Assembly (NCBI GenBank): GCA_047638595.1
Contig: JBLIMJ010000001.1
Coordinates: 7,768 to 71,767 of the forward strand
Origin: Acidimicrobiales bacterium
Lineage (GTDB): Bacteria; Patescibacteriota; Minisyncoccia; Phycocordibacterales; UBA918
DNA: 64,000 nucleotides
Direction of reading: 5' to 3'
The position numbers and the translations under genes were made by a program. Shown here piece by piece: positions 50,575 to 59,888 of the stretch (the stretch's first letter is position 1; each line of letters starts with the position of its first letter). A model generated the notes under the pieces. That model worked only from the letters and a program-made list of their open reading frames with translations. It was not told the origin of the DNA and did not search any database.

Positions 50575-51663
50575 TTAAAACGTTGGTGTTGCTATGTACG
50601 TTAGGACTGCAGAGTAGTCGTCTCCAGCTTCCTGAAGCGCAGAGATTTCTGTCTTGAATCCAATAGTAGTAGTACCAACACCTACACCTGTTCCACTTGC
50701 TGGACCATCATTTCCCATAACAGCTCGGGGAGTTGTTGTTGCGCCAATGAATTGACCTGCAACAAACTGAGTTCCTCGCGAAGTGATAGTAGTATCATCA
50801 GATGAGATACCCCACCATCCGTATGTGCTATCAACACCTAATGTAGGTGATGTGGGTGATACCCAGTTTCCTGGAACATCAGCGTCATTGATTCCATCAA
50901 TGTCAGCACCTGTTGATGATTCTAGTGCACCGTCCACTTGGACAGTAACTACATATCCATTAGATGCGTTTGTTGAAACAGACAGCTCATGAGCTGAAGA
51001 CGTTGCAACTAATGCATCTAACTTACCAAAGGTAACTGAAGTTGAAGCAGCAGCACCAGTTGTAGTTGCTCCTCCTGAACTTAGTTCAGTGTTAGCAGCT
51101 GTACCAGATACCGTAAAGGTAAAGATGGTATCAACTGTAGCTGTAACTGTAACTGCAGTAAGAATTACAATTCGTGTTGATCCTGTGTCAGTCATGGATC
51201 CTCCGAGAAGAATCTCGTATGAACCTTCAGAACCAGGACTTGTGACGAAGTTTGTAACACCTACGACAACATCGACAACGCTTGCAGCTGCAATGCTACC
51301 AGTAGCAACAGTCAAGGTAACAATTTGACCTGCACCAGCTGCTGATACGTTAGCACTAATGTCTGACGAATCATCATCAATAGTTACATCACCATCAACG
51401 ATTGAACCAATTCCTGTAAACCCTGAAGGGAAAGTGAAAGTGATTGTCTCCCCGTTCGCCACTCCAGTTGGAGTGACGAAAGAAAAAGTATGTGTTGGTG
51501 CAGCACTAGGCGATGAATCAGTAATTGTGTCGCTAAACGAACTCACGTTCGCAGCGTCCACAAAGCGAAGTGACGGCAAGCCAAGCGACCATAAAAGAAT
51601 CGCGAAACCTGCAATCATTGCAATAGTTTTGAGCATTCCGACAGATTTTTCTGTTCGAAACAT
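50575..51663 (-). CDS. Secreted T/S/G-rich surface protein with a WxL-like C-terminal domain
   Basis: Signal peptide, then low-complexity T/S/G/V-rich beta-type sequence. The C-terminal block (...GWWGISSDD...DDYSAVLTYIATPTF) is shared with the C-terminus of the 1414-aa protein (...DYYNTITYIAVPVF). Confidence 0.45.
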   Translation of the reverse strand: MFRTEKSVGMLKTIAMIAGFAILLWSLGLPSLRFVDAANVSSFSDTITDSSPSAAPTHTFSFVTPTGVANGETITFTFPSGFTGIGSIVDGDVTIDDDSSDISANVSAAGAGQIVTLTVATGSIAAASVVDVVVGVTNFVTSPGSEGSYEILLGGSMTDTGSTRIVILTAVTVTATVDTIFTFTVSGTAANTELSSGGATTTGAAASTSVTFGKLDALVATSSAHELSVSTNASNGYVVTVQVDGALESSTGADIDGINDADVPGNWVSPTSPTLGVDSTYGWWGISSDDTTITSRGTQFVAGQFIGATTTPRAVMGNDGPASGTGVGVGTTTIGFKTEISALQEAGDDYSAVLTYIATPTF

Positions 51664-51957
51664 ATGCTCTACGTTGAATTAGCTTACAGACCCTTACTCA
51701 TAATAAAGCGTTGTACAGCTTTATTGAGAAGTTAGTTTTGGTCGTGGTACAACAAAAACTGCTACAACGTAAAAGTCTCCACCCCTTTACGTATGTAAAA
51801 ACTATAAGCATACTTGTTCTATAACACCCGGCTGAGGTGCCCGTCGCATACGCGACTACTAGACGCAGTGGTTATAAATCCCCACCTCTACAACAAGTAC
51901 TTACATATTGTATCCCACCCACCAAAACCTCACCTTCTACTTCTCCCCACTCTCCCC

Positions 51958-52696
51958 CTATTACAGGGGACACCGAGTGTCCCCTGTAGTAAAATCTATA
52001 TATTGCTATGGAATTCTATCATGTAATAAATAGAGGAGTTGATAAACGTACTACCTTTCAAGAGGAGGGTGACTACTTACGTTTTATACAAAACCTTCAC
52101 ATATACAACAGCACAGAATCGGCGCCACATAATGTCTGGTCAACATCTGCCCGCATGAAAATAATGCCTGTAAAAAAATTAGTGACTATTCATGCGTACT
52201 GCCTCATGCCTAACCATTATCACCTTTTACTCTCACCTCTTGTCGATGACGGAATCACTAAGTTCATGCATAAGGTCGGCATGGGATACTCAAAATATTT
52301 TAATGAGAAAAATGAGCGTACTGGTGTCTTATGGCAAGGTAAATATAAAAGCATAAATATTACAACTGACGCACAGTTAAACTACATCCCTTACTATATA
52401 AATCTTAACGCTCTAGATCTTTCACACCCACAATGGAGACGCGGTGCTGTTACAAACACACAAAATGCATTAACTCGGCTACAGCAATACAAGTGGAGTA
52501 GTCATTCTCTATTTTTATACCCTGAAAAAATAGACACATCAATCCTTAGTGGAAGTTTTTTTACTAAAGAGCTAAGTCAGGCAAAATATATACAGGAAAT
52601 AGTAAATATTATTTCCGACAAAACCCTGGCTCAATATAGCGAAAGTATTGAACTAAAATAAATTACAGGGGACACCGAGTGTCCCCTGTAATTTAT
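51958..52696 (+). mobile_element. IS200-like minimal insertion element / RAYT-type unit: Y1 transposase gene bounded by identical perfect hairpins
   Basis: The left hairpin tacaggggacac-cgag-gtgtcccctgta (51962-51989) and an identical right hairpin (52664-52691) flank a single HUH transposase ORF. The unit is about 0.74 kb, typical of IS200. Confidence 0.6.
52008..52661 (+). CDS. tnpA: Y1 HUH transposase (IS200/IS605 TnpA / REP-associated tyrosine transposase family)
   Basis: HUH motif in HAYCLMPNHYHLLL, and a catalytic-Tyr region GMGYSKYFNEKNERTGVLWQGKYKS. Confidence 0.8.
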   Translation: MEFYHVINRGVDKRTTFQEEGDYLRFIQNLHIYNSTESAPHNVWSTSARMKIMPVKKLVTIHAYCLMPNHYHLLLSPLVDDGITKFMHKVGMGYSKYFNEKNERTGVLWQGKYKSINITTDAQLNYIPYYINLNALDLSHPQWRRGAVTNTQNALTRLQQYKWSSHSLFLYPEKIDTSILSGSFFTKELSQAKYIQEIVNIISDKTLAQYSESIELK

Positions 52697-52706
52697 TTTT
52701 CGGTTG

Positions 52707-53909
52707 TTAACCTGTCCAGTTGAAGAGCAGTATGGAAAAATCCTCTAGGCCGACTCTGTCGTTGCCGTTTATATCAGCTGGGGGGTTTGAGTTGCCGCCT
52801 GTTGTTCCCCACCAGAATATTAAAATGGAGAAGTCAATCAAATTAATAAGACCATCACGGTTTAGGTCTGAAGGTGTTGTTGGTGACCCATCCACTCCTA
52901 AAAATAACTGTAACGTAGAACTAAAACTACTTTCTGTAGTAAGAGAACCTGAACCAAGAATAAAACGGGCACGAGCTGTATATTCAGCTGCAGAGAGTCC
53001 ACTTGTATCAAAATCAATGTTCCAATAACCACCACTATCAGAAATGGTTGTGAGAACTTGGTCACTATCGCCAATGTGGACTTCAAGTGAAGTGTTCTGA
53101 ACAGCCTGTCCTGCAAAAGTGATAGTATCCCCAGGATTGATTGTAGAATCAGATACTACAATTGTTGGTGGAACAAGAATCCCTGCAACCTTTGTGATTG
53201 CTCCTTGCGTCACATCAAATGTAGTACCAAATGTAATCGATCGAATGTTATCGTCATCTTCAACCCAAAAACCCATTGAAATAGTCCCGGGTGAAGTATT
53301 AGAGGTAAACTCAAAATTACCAGCACTGTCAGCCTTCACGGTACCCACAGATTTAGCATCAAGAATAATGTTGACTTTCGCTCGCGGGATAGTTTTACCA
53401 GTTACATTTACCTGAGTATCACCAAAATCCTCATCACTTCCGCCAGACGGCTGAGTACCGCCACCTGAAGAACCGCCACTTCCAGAACCAGCTGGCTCAA
53501 TGGTACAGTCTGCATTACAGAAGTCACCTGAAATATTATTCCCATCATCACACTCCTCAGCATAGATAGTCTGCAAAATACTGTCCCCGCAATACGGTCC
53601 AAAATCACAATCCACATCGCACTGTCTACCTAAGATAGAAGTGCTGTATGCACCTGTTTCACCCAACACATCACAAGTCTCATCAACATCAACAATTTCA
53701 TTTCCACAGATACTTGTCGTTAAACTAGTTGTTGCAATATAACCCCCAGATATTACTTGCGCAGTAGCTACCTGACTTAGCAAGAAAAAACACCCTACTA
53801 CAGCAAGTGCAGCAGGTAGGGCGTTTAACTCATGCAAAAAAGTAACAAATTGTCTCATGGTAAAACTACGCCCGTGTCCGCCTACGACGTTCCCTGTACG
53901 TATGCGCAA
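52707..53909 (-). CDS. Secreted protein with Myxococcus-type cysteine-rich repeats, Ig-like domains and a C-terminal type-I dockerin
   Basis: Signal peptide; CGNEIVDVDETCD...YCGDSILQTIYAEECDDGNNISGDFCNADC (CxxCGDG...ECDDGN pattern); C-terminal DLNRDGLINLIDFSILIFWW / DINGNDRVGLEDFSILLFNW. Confidence 0.55.
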   Translation of the reverse strand: MRIRTGNVVGGHGRSFTMRQFVTFLHELNALPAALAVVGCFFLLSQVATAQVISGGYIATTSLTTSICGNEIVDVDETCDVLGETGAYSTSILGRQCDVDCDFGPYCGDSILQTIYAEECDDGNNISGDFCNADCTIEPAGSGSGGSSGGGTQPSGGSDEDFGDTQVNVTGKTIPRAKVNIILDAKSVGTVKADSAGNFEFTSNTSPGTISMGFWVEDDDNIRSITFGTTFDVTQGAITKVAGILVPPTIVVSDSTINPGDTITFAGQAVQNTSLEVHIGDSDQVLTTISDSGGYWNIDFDTSGLSAAEYTARARFILGSGSLTTESSFSSTLQLFLGVDGSPTTPSDLNRDGLINLIDFSILIFWWGTTGGNSNPPADINGNDRVGLEDFSILLFNWTG

Positions 53910-54813
53910 GGAGTAACATCAGAACAAGTAAAGATAAGATTGGAAGCAATACAGACAGCTTGTGTGCTGATGAGAGACCAGTAAATCCAAATCCAGCAGT
54001 TTGCAATGTCCCGTACGGCAGAATATTGAGATTAAGTTCACCTTGATACTTCACATCTTCATCATTCATGATTTCATAACGTGCAAGGTACGAACCTGTA
54101 GGTAGACGAGTCGGAACCTCAGCTACAATTTCTTCAGTTCCAAATGGTTCAATTTTTGTCAATTTACCCTTATTTGTTGTCTCTTCAAGTAATACAGTCC
54201 CTGAAGTATCATAAATTTTAAATACAATTTCTGAAGGAGATACATCAACGTTACCTGTATTTTCAAGGAGCATCGCAAAATTTATTTTTCCTGGAAAGTA
54301 AAGCCATCCGACTTTTGTACCTTCATTTAGATCATTGACCCCTACTTTACGAAGTCTAAAATCTTTTATAACTTTATCAATAACATGTAATTCAATATCA
54401 ATTTGAGCGCCGAGAGATATATTAACCGCACCTGTAGCAACAGCATCGTCAGTTGCCCCAGTTTTAATTCTTATAGCTCCTGTATACGTTTTAAAATCAG
54501 CATCATCGGGTACGGTAACACGGACAGTCATAGGAACCTTTTGTTCACCACGAGGGAGCGTAAAAGTTTCCCCTTGAATAATCTCAATCCAGTCAGATAT
54601 AGCTGGTGCGTCAACAGTAATAGATGCTTTTAGAGGTGTAGTGGGGTCTCCTCGAACAAGAAGGATTTGTTGTTCATAGGTCGAATTTCGAGTAAGACTC
54701 GTATTTCGAACAAATGGTGGAGTGACCCCAAAACCAGCCAGCACAGAATCAGCACCAAAGAGTACAAATATCACAATTGCTAATAGTACAGTTTTTGTAA
54801 AGAGGGTAGTCAT
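53866..54813 (-). CDS. Cell-surface protein, DUF916/DUF3324-like, C-terminal TM anchor (third paralog)
   Basis: GFGVTPPFVRN..., WIEIIQGETFTLPRGEQKVPMTVRVTVPDDADFKTYTGAIRIK, LENTGNVDVSPSEIVF, then TM plus RERRRRTRA tail. Overlaps the downstream gene by 44 bp. Confidence 0.5.
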   Translation of the reverse strand: MTTLFTKTVLLAIVIFVLFGADSVLAGFGVTPPFVRNTSLTRNSTYEQQILLVRGDPTTPLKASITVDAPAISDWIEIIQGETFTLPRGEQKVPMTVRVTVPDDADFKTYTGAIRIKTGATDDAVATGAVNISLGAQIDIELHVIDKVIKDFRLRKVGVNDLNEGTKVGWLYFPGKINFAMLLENTGNVDVSPSEIVFKIYDTSGTVLLEETTNKGKLTKIEPFGTEEIVAEVPTRLPTGSYLARYEIMNDEDVKYQGELNLNILPYGTLQTAGFGFTGLSSAHKLSVLLPILSLLVLMLLLAHTYRERRRRTRA

Positions 54814-54908
54814 TGGAAATCGACGTTATATTTCAACTTAATTATCCCAAGTTGGTTCAGATAAAGCAAGAACCACTGTTGGGATAACAGTGGTTCTGCA
54901 TAGTTTTA

Positions 54909-56789
54909 CTACCAATCAGCAGGTTCGGCTGTCTTTGCAGTGAATGTATTCTCCCCAGTGTATGCTCCGGCTAATGTAATTGCCACAGGCACTTCAATTC
55001 CCCAGAATGTTACACCTAGTGACTGTGTAGCAGTGGACGTTGATTTTTTAATATCAATCTCTAGTTCTACTGGTGTAGAAGAAGAAAGTATGAATCCGCT
55101 ACTAGTTGCTGATCCGTACGTTACTGATGAAGTTGCAAACACCTGATAATTGGCTTGAATTGTTGAAGATGATGAGTTTGGACACGTAATTGCCGAGGTG
55201 TATGTTCCACACATAGCTTGACCTGAGAGCATTTGATCCATACCTACATTTCCAACTGCCCGCACAGTAGTAGTCGCAACTAAAGGATCTGTCCTATCTC
55301 CTGGTTCAAGAGAACCAAATGGAATTGCTGCTGTATCAAGTACAAGCGCAAGGAAACTAACTACATCTTGGGCAATTGAACTTGTTGCAAGTGTTCCAGT
55401 TGCAAAGTTGTCGTCAACTGGTGCCACAGCTGCAGACCAGTCACTGGCAAAGTGCACGGTGTTTGTTGCTCCACCATCAGTAGGGTCAGCAATGTACCAA
55501 AGCGGGAATGTGCAATCAAACCGCATAGTTAAGTCAGTTGCTCCTAAACAACTTGTTGTAGATGCTGTACATGCGACATTCCAAGTAGTCGTTGGTACCG
55601 TACTTGTATAACAATCATTTGCATCATATTCTCCAGACGCATCACAATTATCCCACCCACCAGGAAGATTGGACCTAAATACTGATATTTCATATCCTAC
55701 TAATTCGTCGCCAGCACTTGCATTTAAACAACTATTGTTGTCCGAGGCATTGAAATAGAGTTCCATACCTGTTGTTTCTCCAGCTTCCACAGTCAGCGTC
55801 ATGTCAGCACCATTATTAAGGGTTATGTCACTGTCTGAAACAAAGGGTGTTGCATTTGCTACAGTTAAAACTGAGTCAGCTCCCTGTTGGCCTCCCAAGG
55901 CGACATGACCATGGTTATCCACGATGTAACCATATGAACCGTAGTTCTGGTCTCGCGTCGGAATTACAATAGTATATGCACCACTTTGTTGTGTCGCGGT
56001 AAAGGTGGACGTTGCAAGCGTTGTTGCGTTACAACTTGTACTTGTTGCTGAAAAGCTTGCAGTTGAACATACATGTAACTGTATGGTGTCAGCTGCATCC
56101 ACAACATCACTATCTGATGAGGTAGCATAGAATGTGACCGAATTACCAGGTAATCCAGGTGAATCATCTGAAAATGCTACTAGAACTGGGCGGTGATTCA
56201 CGTTGAATGGTGAGGCTGTTGTAGCTGTTCCTTGTTTATAGGTCGTGCTACAACGTGGACTTACCGGGTCGTCGTCACAAATCCACGCGTACCAGTCATT
56301 TGACTCTGCAAGACCCTCACTTGTTGTGGTAGTAGCAGTTACCGCAGACCCACTTGGTGTACTCGTTGAAACCGCCCACTGGGTCGTTGATGTTGGACTA
56401 CAATCAGGTGGTGCAGTTCCAAGTGACTCAGGACCTGCTGCGGCATTTGGTGTTGGCAGATTTGCTGTATTACAAATCAGCAAGAAGTATGGTGCACCAT
56501 TGGAGTCAGCACCAGTTGCTGTCCATGAAACAGTATCACCTGAATTAGTTGGTGTTGTTGTGGAGGATTCAAATAACTCTTGCGCATCTATAGTCCACTG
56601 AGGAGGAGTGTTTAACACTGTGATTGATGTAGTAGCGACACCTTGTGCTTCTACCTGTTGTAATTCTTGTGCACCCAAATTGAGAAGAAAAACAAAAGCA
56701 AAAACCACCACTCCTATAAATGAAGTCAAAACCGTTATCTTACCTGCAGTGTGTAAGTACTTTGGAAACTCTTGCATGTTGTACGACAT
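54909..56789 (-). CDS. Large (626 aa) T/S/A-rich membrane-anchored surface protein
   Basis: N-terminal signal-anchor ITVLTSFIGVVVFAFVFLLNLGA, then a long T/S/A/G/D-rich beta-type sequence with scattered Cys pairs. Confidence 0.55.
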   Translation of the reverse strand: MSYNMQEFPKYLHTAGKITVLTSFIGVVVFAFVFLLNLGAQELQQVEAQGVATTSITVLNTPPQWTIDAQELFESSTTTPTNSGDTVSWTATGADSNGAPYFLLICNTANLPTPNAAAGPESLGTAPPDCSPTSTTQWAVSTSTPSGSAVTATTTTSEGLAESNDWYAWICDDDPVSPRCSTTYKQGTATTASPFNVNHRPVLVAFSDDSPGLPGNSVTFYATSSDSDVVDAADTIQLHVCSTASFSATSTSCNATTLATSTFTATQQSGAYTIVIPTRDQNYGSYGYIVDNHGHVALGGQQGADSVLTVANATPFVSDSDITLNNGADMTLTVEAGETTGMELYFNASDNNSCLNASAGDELVGYEISVFRSNLPGGWDNCDASGEYDANDCYTSTVPTTTWNVACTASTTSCLGATDLTMRFDCTFPLWYIADPTDGGATNTVHFASDWSAAVAPVDDNFATGTLATSSIAQDVVSFLALVLDTAAIPFGSLEPGDRTDPLVATTTVRAVGNVGMDQMLSGQAMCGTYTSAITCPNSSSSTIQANYQVFATSSVTYGSATSSGFILSSSTPVELEIDIKKSTSTATQSLGVTFWGIEVPVAITLAGAYTGENTFTAKTAEPADW

Positions 56790-56872
56790 ATAATAATGAT
56801 ATTTACTATATAGTATATTAAATTTTTAAATAAAACGTGGGTTATACACAGTTTTATGCAAAGGATTGGACA

Positions 56873-58087
56873 CTATTCGTAACGAATTGCATCCAAGGGA
56901 TTGAGTGTTGCTGCACGTTTTGCTGGAAAAATACCAGTAAGATACCCTACCCCAGCAGAGAAAACGGCGATAAATGTAAGGAAATCAAGAGGAAAAGCAA
57001 ACAGATTTACGGACTGACCACCATATTGACTTGCTGCAAAATTGAGCATTAAGTTTACGATAGTACCCAAAGCTACCCCCATAATGATACCTGTAACACC
57101 CCCCAAAAATCCTACAACTATCGACTCGGAAACAAAGAGCCACTTAATATCACTCGGTGAAGCTCCAATAGTTCGCATGATTCCAATCTCTTTTGTTCGC
57201 TCAAGAAGTGTCACTGTCATGGTATTAAACATACCAATGGCTGATACAAGAAGCGCAATACCTCCAAAGGTTGCAAGTACGGCCTGTACACCCTGAAAGA
57301 TTTTAGTAGCTTGCTCAACAGTTTTTGACAACGCTGTCACACGATACCCAGCTTCGATGAGCTCACCCTCAACTATCGGGAGAAATTCATTAGTATCTAC
57401 ACGAACCTGGATACGTTCATACTCTTCAATACCAACGTGACTCCGCAACTCAGGCAGCATCATTAATGCATTAAGTACCCCCTCTTCCTTTGTAATACCT
57501 TTTACGGTGTACTCCTTATCTATATAAATCTCATTAACCTCATCTGTACCATCTTCAGCAGGTACTAAAAGACGGAATTTTACCTTTTCTCCAATAAATT
57601 TATCTATTTCCTCATCCTCGACACCAAAAAGTTTTAATACAGCAGGGGAAAGCATAATTTCGTTAGTGTTATCAATGTCTTCATCATCAAATACCTCCCC
57701 ATAAGATGCAATAATACCTGCATAACGAACATATGGGGGCTCTGCACCCTGAATAAACAAGTTCCCAGTAAGACCTTTGTAGGTAACCAACGCTGGAAAC
57801 CGAGCAAGAGGAGCTGCATCAAGCACGTGTTCATTTTCTTCAAACTCTACAACTGTTTGTGCTGTCAACTGCAAATTCTGTGCACCTGTAGCTGACACAC
57901 CAAGAGACAGGAGCGTTTCCCCAAACACGATTTGCTCTAGAATAATCTGCTGTAGGCCAAAACCAAGACCTACAAGAACAACCACAGCACCGGTTCCCAC
58001 TCCCATGCCTAAAATAGTCAACCAAGTACGCATGGGGTTGGTTTTAAAAGCTCGTGTTGAAAGCTGTGCTAAATCTTGAACGCGCAT
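56873..58087 (-). CDS. ABC transporter permease, FtsX/MacB family
   Basis: 404 aa with TM1, a large extracytoplasmic domain and three C-terminal TM helices, which is the FtsX-type topology. Confidence 0.8.
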   Translation of the reverse strand: MRVQDLAQLSTRAFKTNPMRTWLTILGMGVGTGAVVVLVGLGFGLQQIILEQIVFGETLLSLGVSATGAQNLQLTAQTVVEFEENEHVLDAAPLARFPALVTYKGLTGNLFIQGAEPPYVRYAGIIASYGEVFDDEDIDNTNEIMLSPAVLKLFGVEDEEIDKFIGEKVKFRLLVPAEDGTDEVNEIYIDKEYTVKGITKEEGVLNALMMLPELRSHVGIEEYERIQVRVDTNEFLPIVEGELIEAGYRVTALSKTVEQATKIFQGVQAVLATFGGIALLVSAIGMFNTMTVTLLERTKEIGIMRTIGASPSDIKWLFVSESIVVGFLGGVTGIIMGVALGTIVNLMLNFAASQYGGQSVNLFAFPLDFLTFIAVFSAGVGYLTGIFPAKRAATLNPLDAIRYE

Positions 58088-58115
58088 AATGTTTTTCTAA
58101 GTATACGACACTGTG

Positions 58116-59438
58116 TTACGTTTTATAACTTACGTCCACACCTTGAGCAATAAGTTTTTCAAAATATCGTGTAATATCGTCTGCCTCTTTAAGGGTCAAA
58201 GCCAAACCACCAGTACTGACTCCTTTCTGAATACATTCATGGAATATATCTTCCCCAGATACACCAACGACACGGTCAGCAATAACCTCAATAAGGTTAT
58301 CTTCTTTCTTCTTGGTCAGTTTCATTCGGTGCGCCTTTAGGAGATGCTCATGTAGCCGCTCTGCCAACTTGTGCTGATCAAAAAAAGAGTGGGTTTTATC
58401 CTGTTGATTACGGAAGCGACGAATATCATCTGCTTGATTTAAAATGAGGGCTGAAGTTTTTGACATACGTCTTGCTTCACGCTCTGGAATACCAACTCCT
58501 CCACGTTCATACGGAAGAACGAGCGTTTTAATAAAAGTATCTTTAGAAATCTTTCCTGATATAAAGAAATTAACAACTCTCTCCATACGTTCCAACTGGT
58601 CGTATGTATAATCCTGAGTAAGGAAATTAACGAGACTTTTTACGCGAAGTGTTTCAATTGAGTCGTAAGGAAATAGTCGAGCAAGTTGTTCAAGCTCGGT
58701 TACAATCGTCTCCCCTTCTCTCACCGGCTTTATCTGTTTCCTCTGAGGATTCACAACTTCACGTACAATTACACCATCTTTAAGATAATACACTCGATGG
58801 GCGTAGCTTAAGTGGGCAGCATTGTGCGACACCATAATAACCGTACGTCTATCAAACGTATTAATCTCGTCAATCTTATCCATAACCTGTTGGGTAGATA
58901 CAGAGTCGAGGTTCCCTGTCGGCTCATCAGCAAGAAGAATTCTCGGATCATTAATCATTGAGCGAGATACAGACACTCGCTGCTGCTGACCTCCTGAGAG
59001 CATGGGAGTAATCTTGTGTGATACATGCCCCACACCAAACCTATCCAACAATGACTGAGCCCTTCTATTACGTGTGGCCTTGTCCTTGTTTGCAAAAATC
59101 ATTGGTAGTGCAACATTGTCGAGCACGGTGAGTGATGGAATGAGGTTAAACTGCTGGAAAATAATTCCCATAACATACCGCTGGAAATACACACGCTCAT
59201 CTATGGAAATTGCATAAATATCTTCACCTCCAATAAGCATCGTTCCATTACCTGGTGGCAATGAACCCTGAATAGAATACATGAGTGTCGACTTACCAGA
59301 GCCCGAAGCACCAAAAAGAATGATGTACTCACCTTCATAGATGTCAGTGCTCGCACCAGAAAGAGCCTTGAATTCATTACTCTTTCCTTTGTTGTATATA
59401 ATGTCAAGATCTCGACAGATAATCAGTGGTTTTGCCAT
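58116..59438 (-). CDS. ABC transporter ATP-binding protein (MacB/LolD-like) with an unusual roughly 200-aa C-terminal extension
   Basis: Walker A GASGSGKST, signature LSGGQQQRVSVSRSM, Walker B ILLADEPTG. The preferred start is the ATG giving MAKPLIICRDL, whereas the ORF track begins at an upstream TTG (59483). The C-terminal half has no recognisable family. Confidence 0.8.
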   Translation of the reverse strand: MAKPLIICRDLDIIYNKGKSNEFKALSGASTDIYEGEYIILFGASGSGKSTLMYSIQGSLPPGNGTMLIGGEDIYAISIDERVYFQRYVMGIIFQQFNLIPSLTVLDNVALPMIFANKDKATRNRRAQSLLDRFGVGHVSHKITPMLSGGQQQRVSVSRSMINDPRILLADEPTGNLDSVSTQQVMDKIDEINTFDRRTVIMVSHNAAHLSYAHRVYYLKDGVIVREVVNPQRKQIKPVREGETIVTELEQLARLFPYDSIETLRVKSLVNFLTQDYTYDQLERMERVVNFFISGKISKDTFIKTLVLPYERGGVGIPEREARRMSKTSALILNQADDIRRFRNQQDKTHSFFDQHKLAERLHEHLLKAHRMKLTKKKEDNLIEVIADRVVGVSGEDIFHECIQKGVSTGGLALTLKEADDITRYFEKLIAQGVDVSYKT

Positions 59439-59864
59439 GAAGAAATTAAATGAAGAAGGGAGTGTAACGACTATGACGCCCAATTTTTAATGGCTGAAAG
59501 GAATATAAAATTGGAGGTACACTTGGGATGAATTTAGTTCCAAATTTGAACCTGCTATAGGTAAATTCCTGGAATTTCTAATCATAACCACACTCAGAAA
59601 TTTTCTTAAAAATCTCTATAATAATATCATCCCACCACTAAAAACATGTTTGCTGTATCCCCACATATTATCTTAAATCGTTTCTGTCTAGGAACAGTAG
59701 GTGCTCAATAGACTGTTTTCATACAAACATACGATTTCAGTACAGATATTTCTGTACTGTTGGTAAAGAAAATTCTGGTCGTAAGTGACAGTATCGGAGT
59801 GCGCCTCTCCTATCCATGCTTCGGCTAAAGTCTCACATCGGGATTCCCGACTCCTGTCGGGATC

Positions 59865-59887
59865 AGATAAAAAGTCCTCAGGGACTT
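59865..59887 (-). terminator. Rho-independent terminator
   Basis: aaaaagtcc-tcag-ggacttttt, immediately after the stop of the 59889..61352 gene. Confidence 0.5.
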
Positions 59888-59888
59888 T

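Noticed and set aside
59439-59483. ORF-track TTG start for the ABC ATPase
   Set aside because: The downstream ATG gives the canonical ABC N-terminus (MAKPLIICRDL...), and no Shine-Dalgarno precedes the TTG. The extra 15 codons are probably not translated.
59500-59560. tRNA-like T-arm (gttccaaatttgaacc)
   Set aside because: No acceptor stem, anticodon arm or GTTCGAATC-type T-loop consensus; no tRNA called anywhere in the window.
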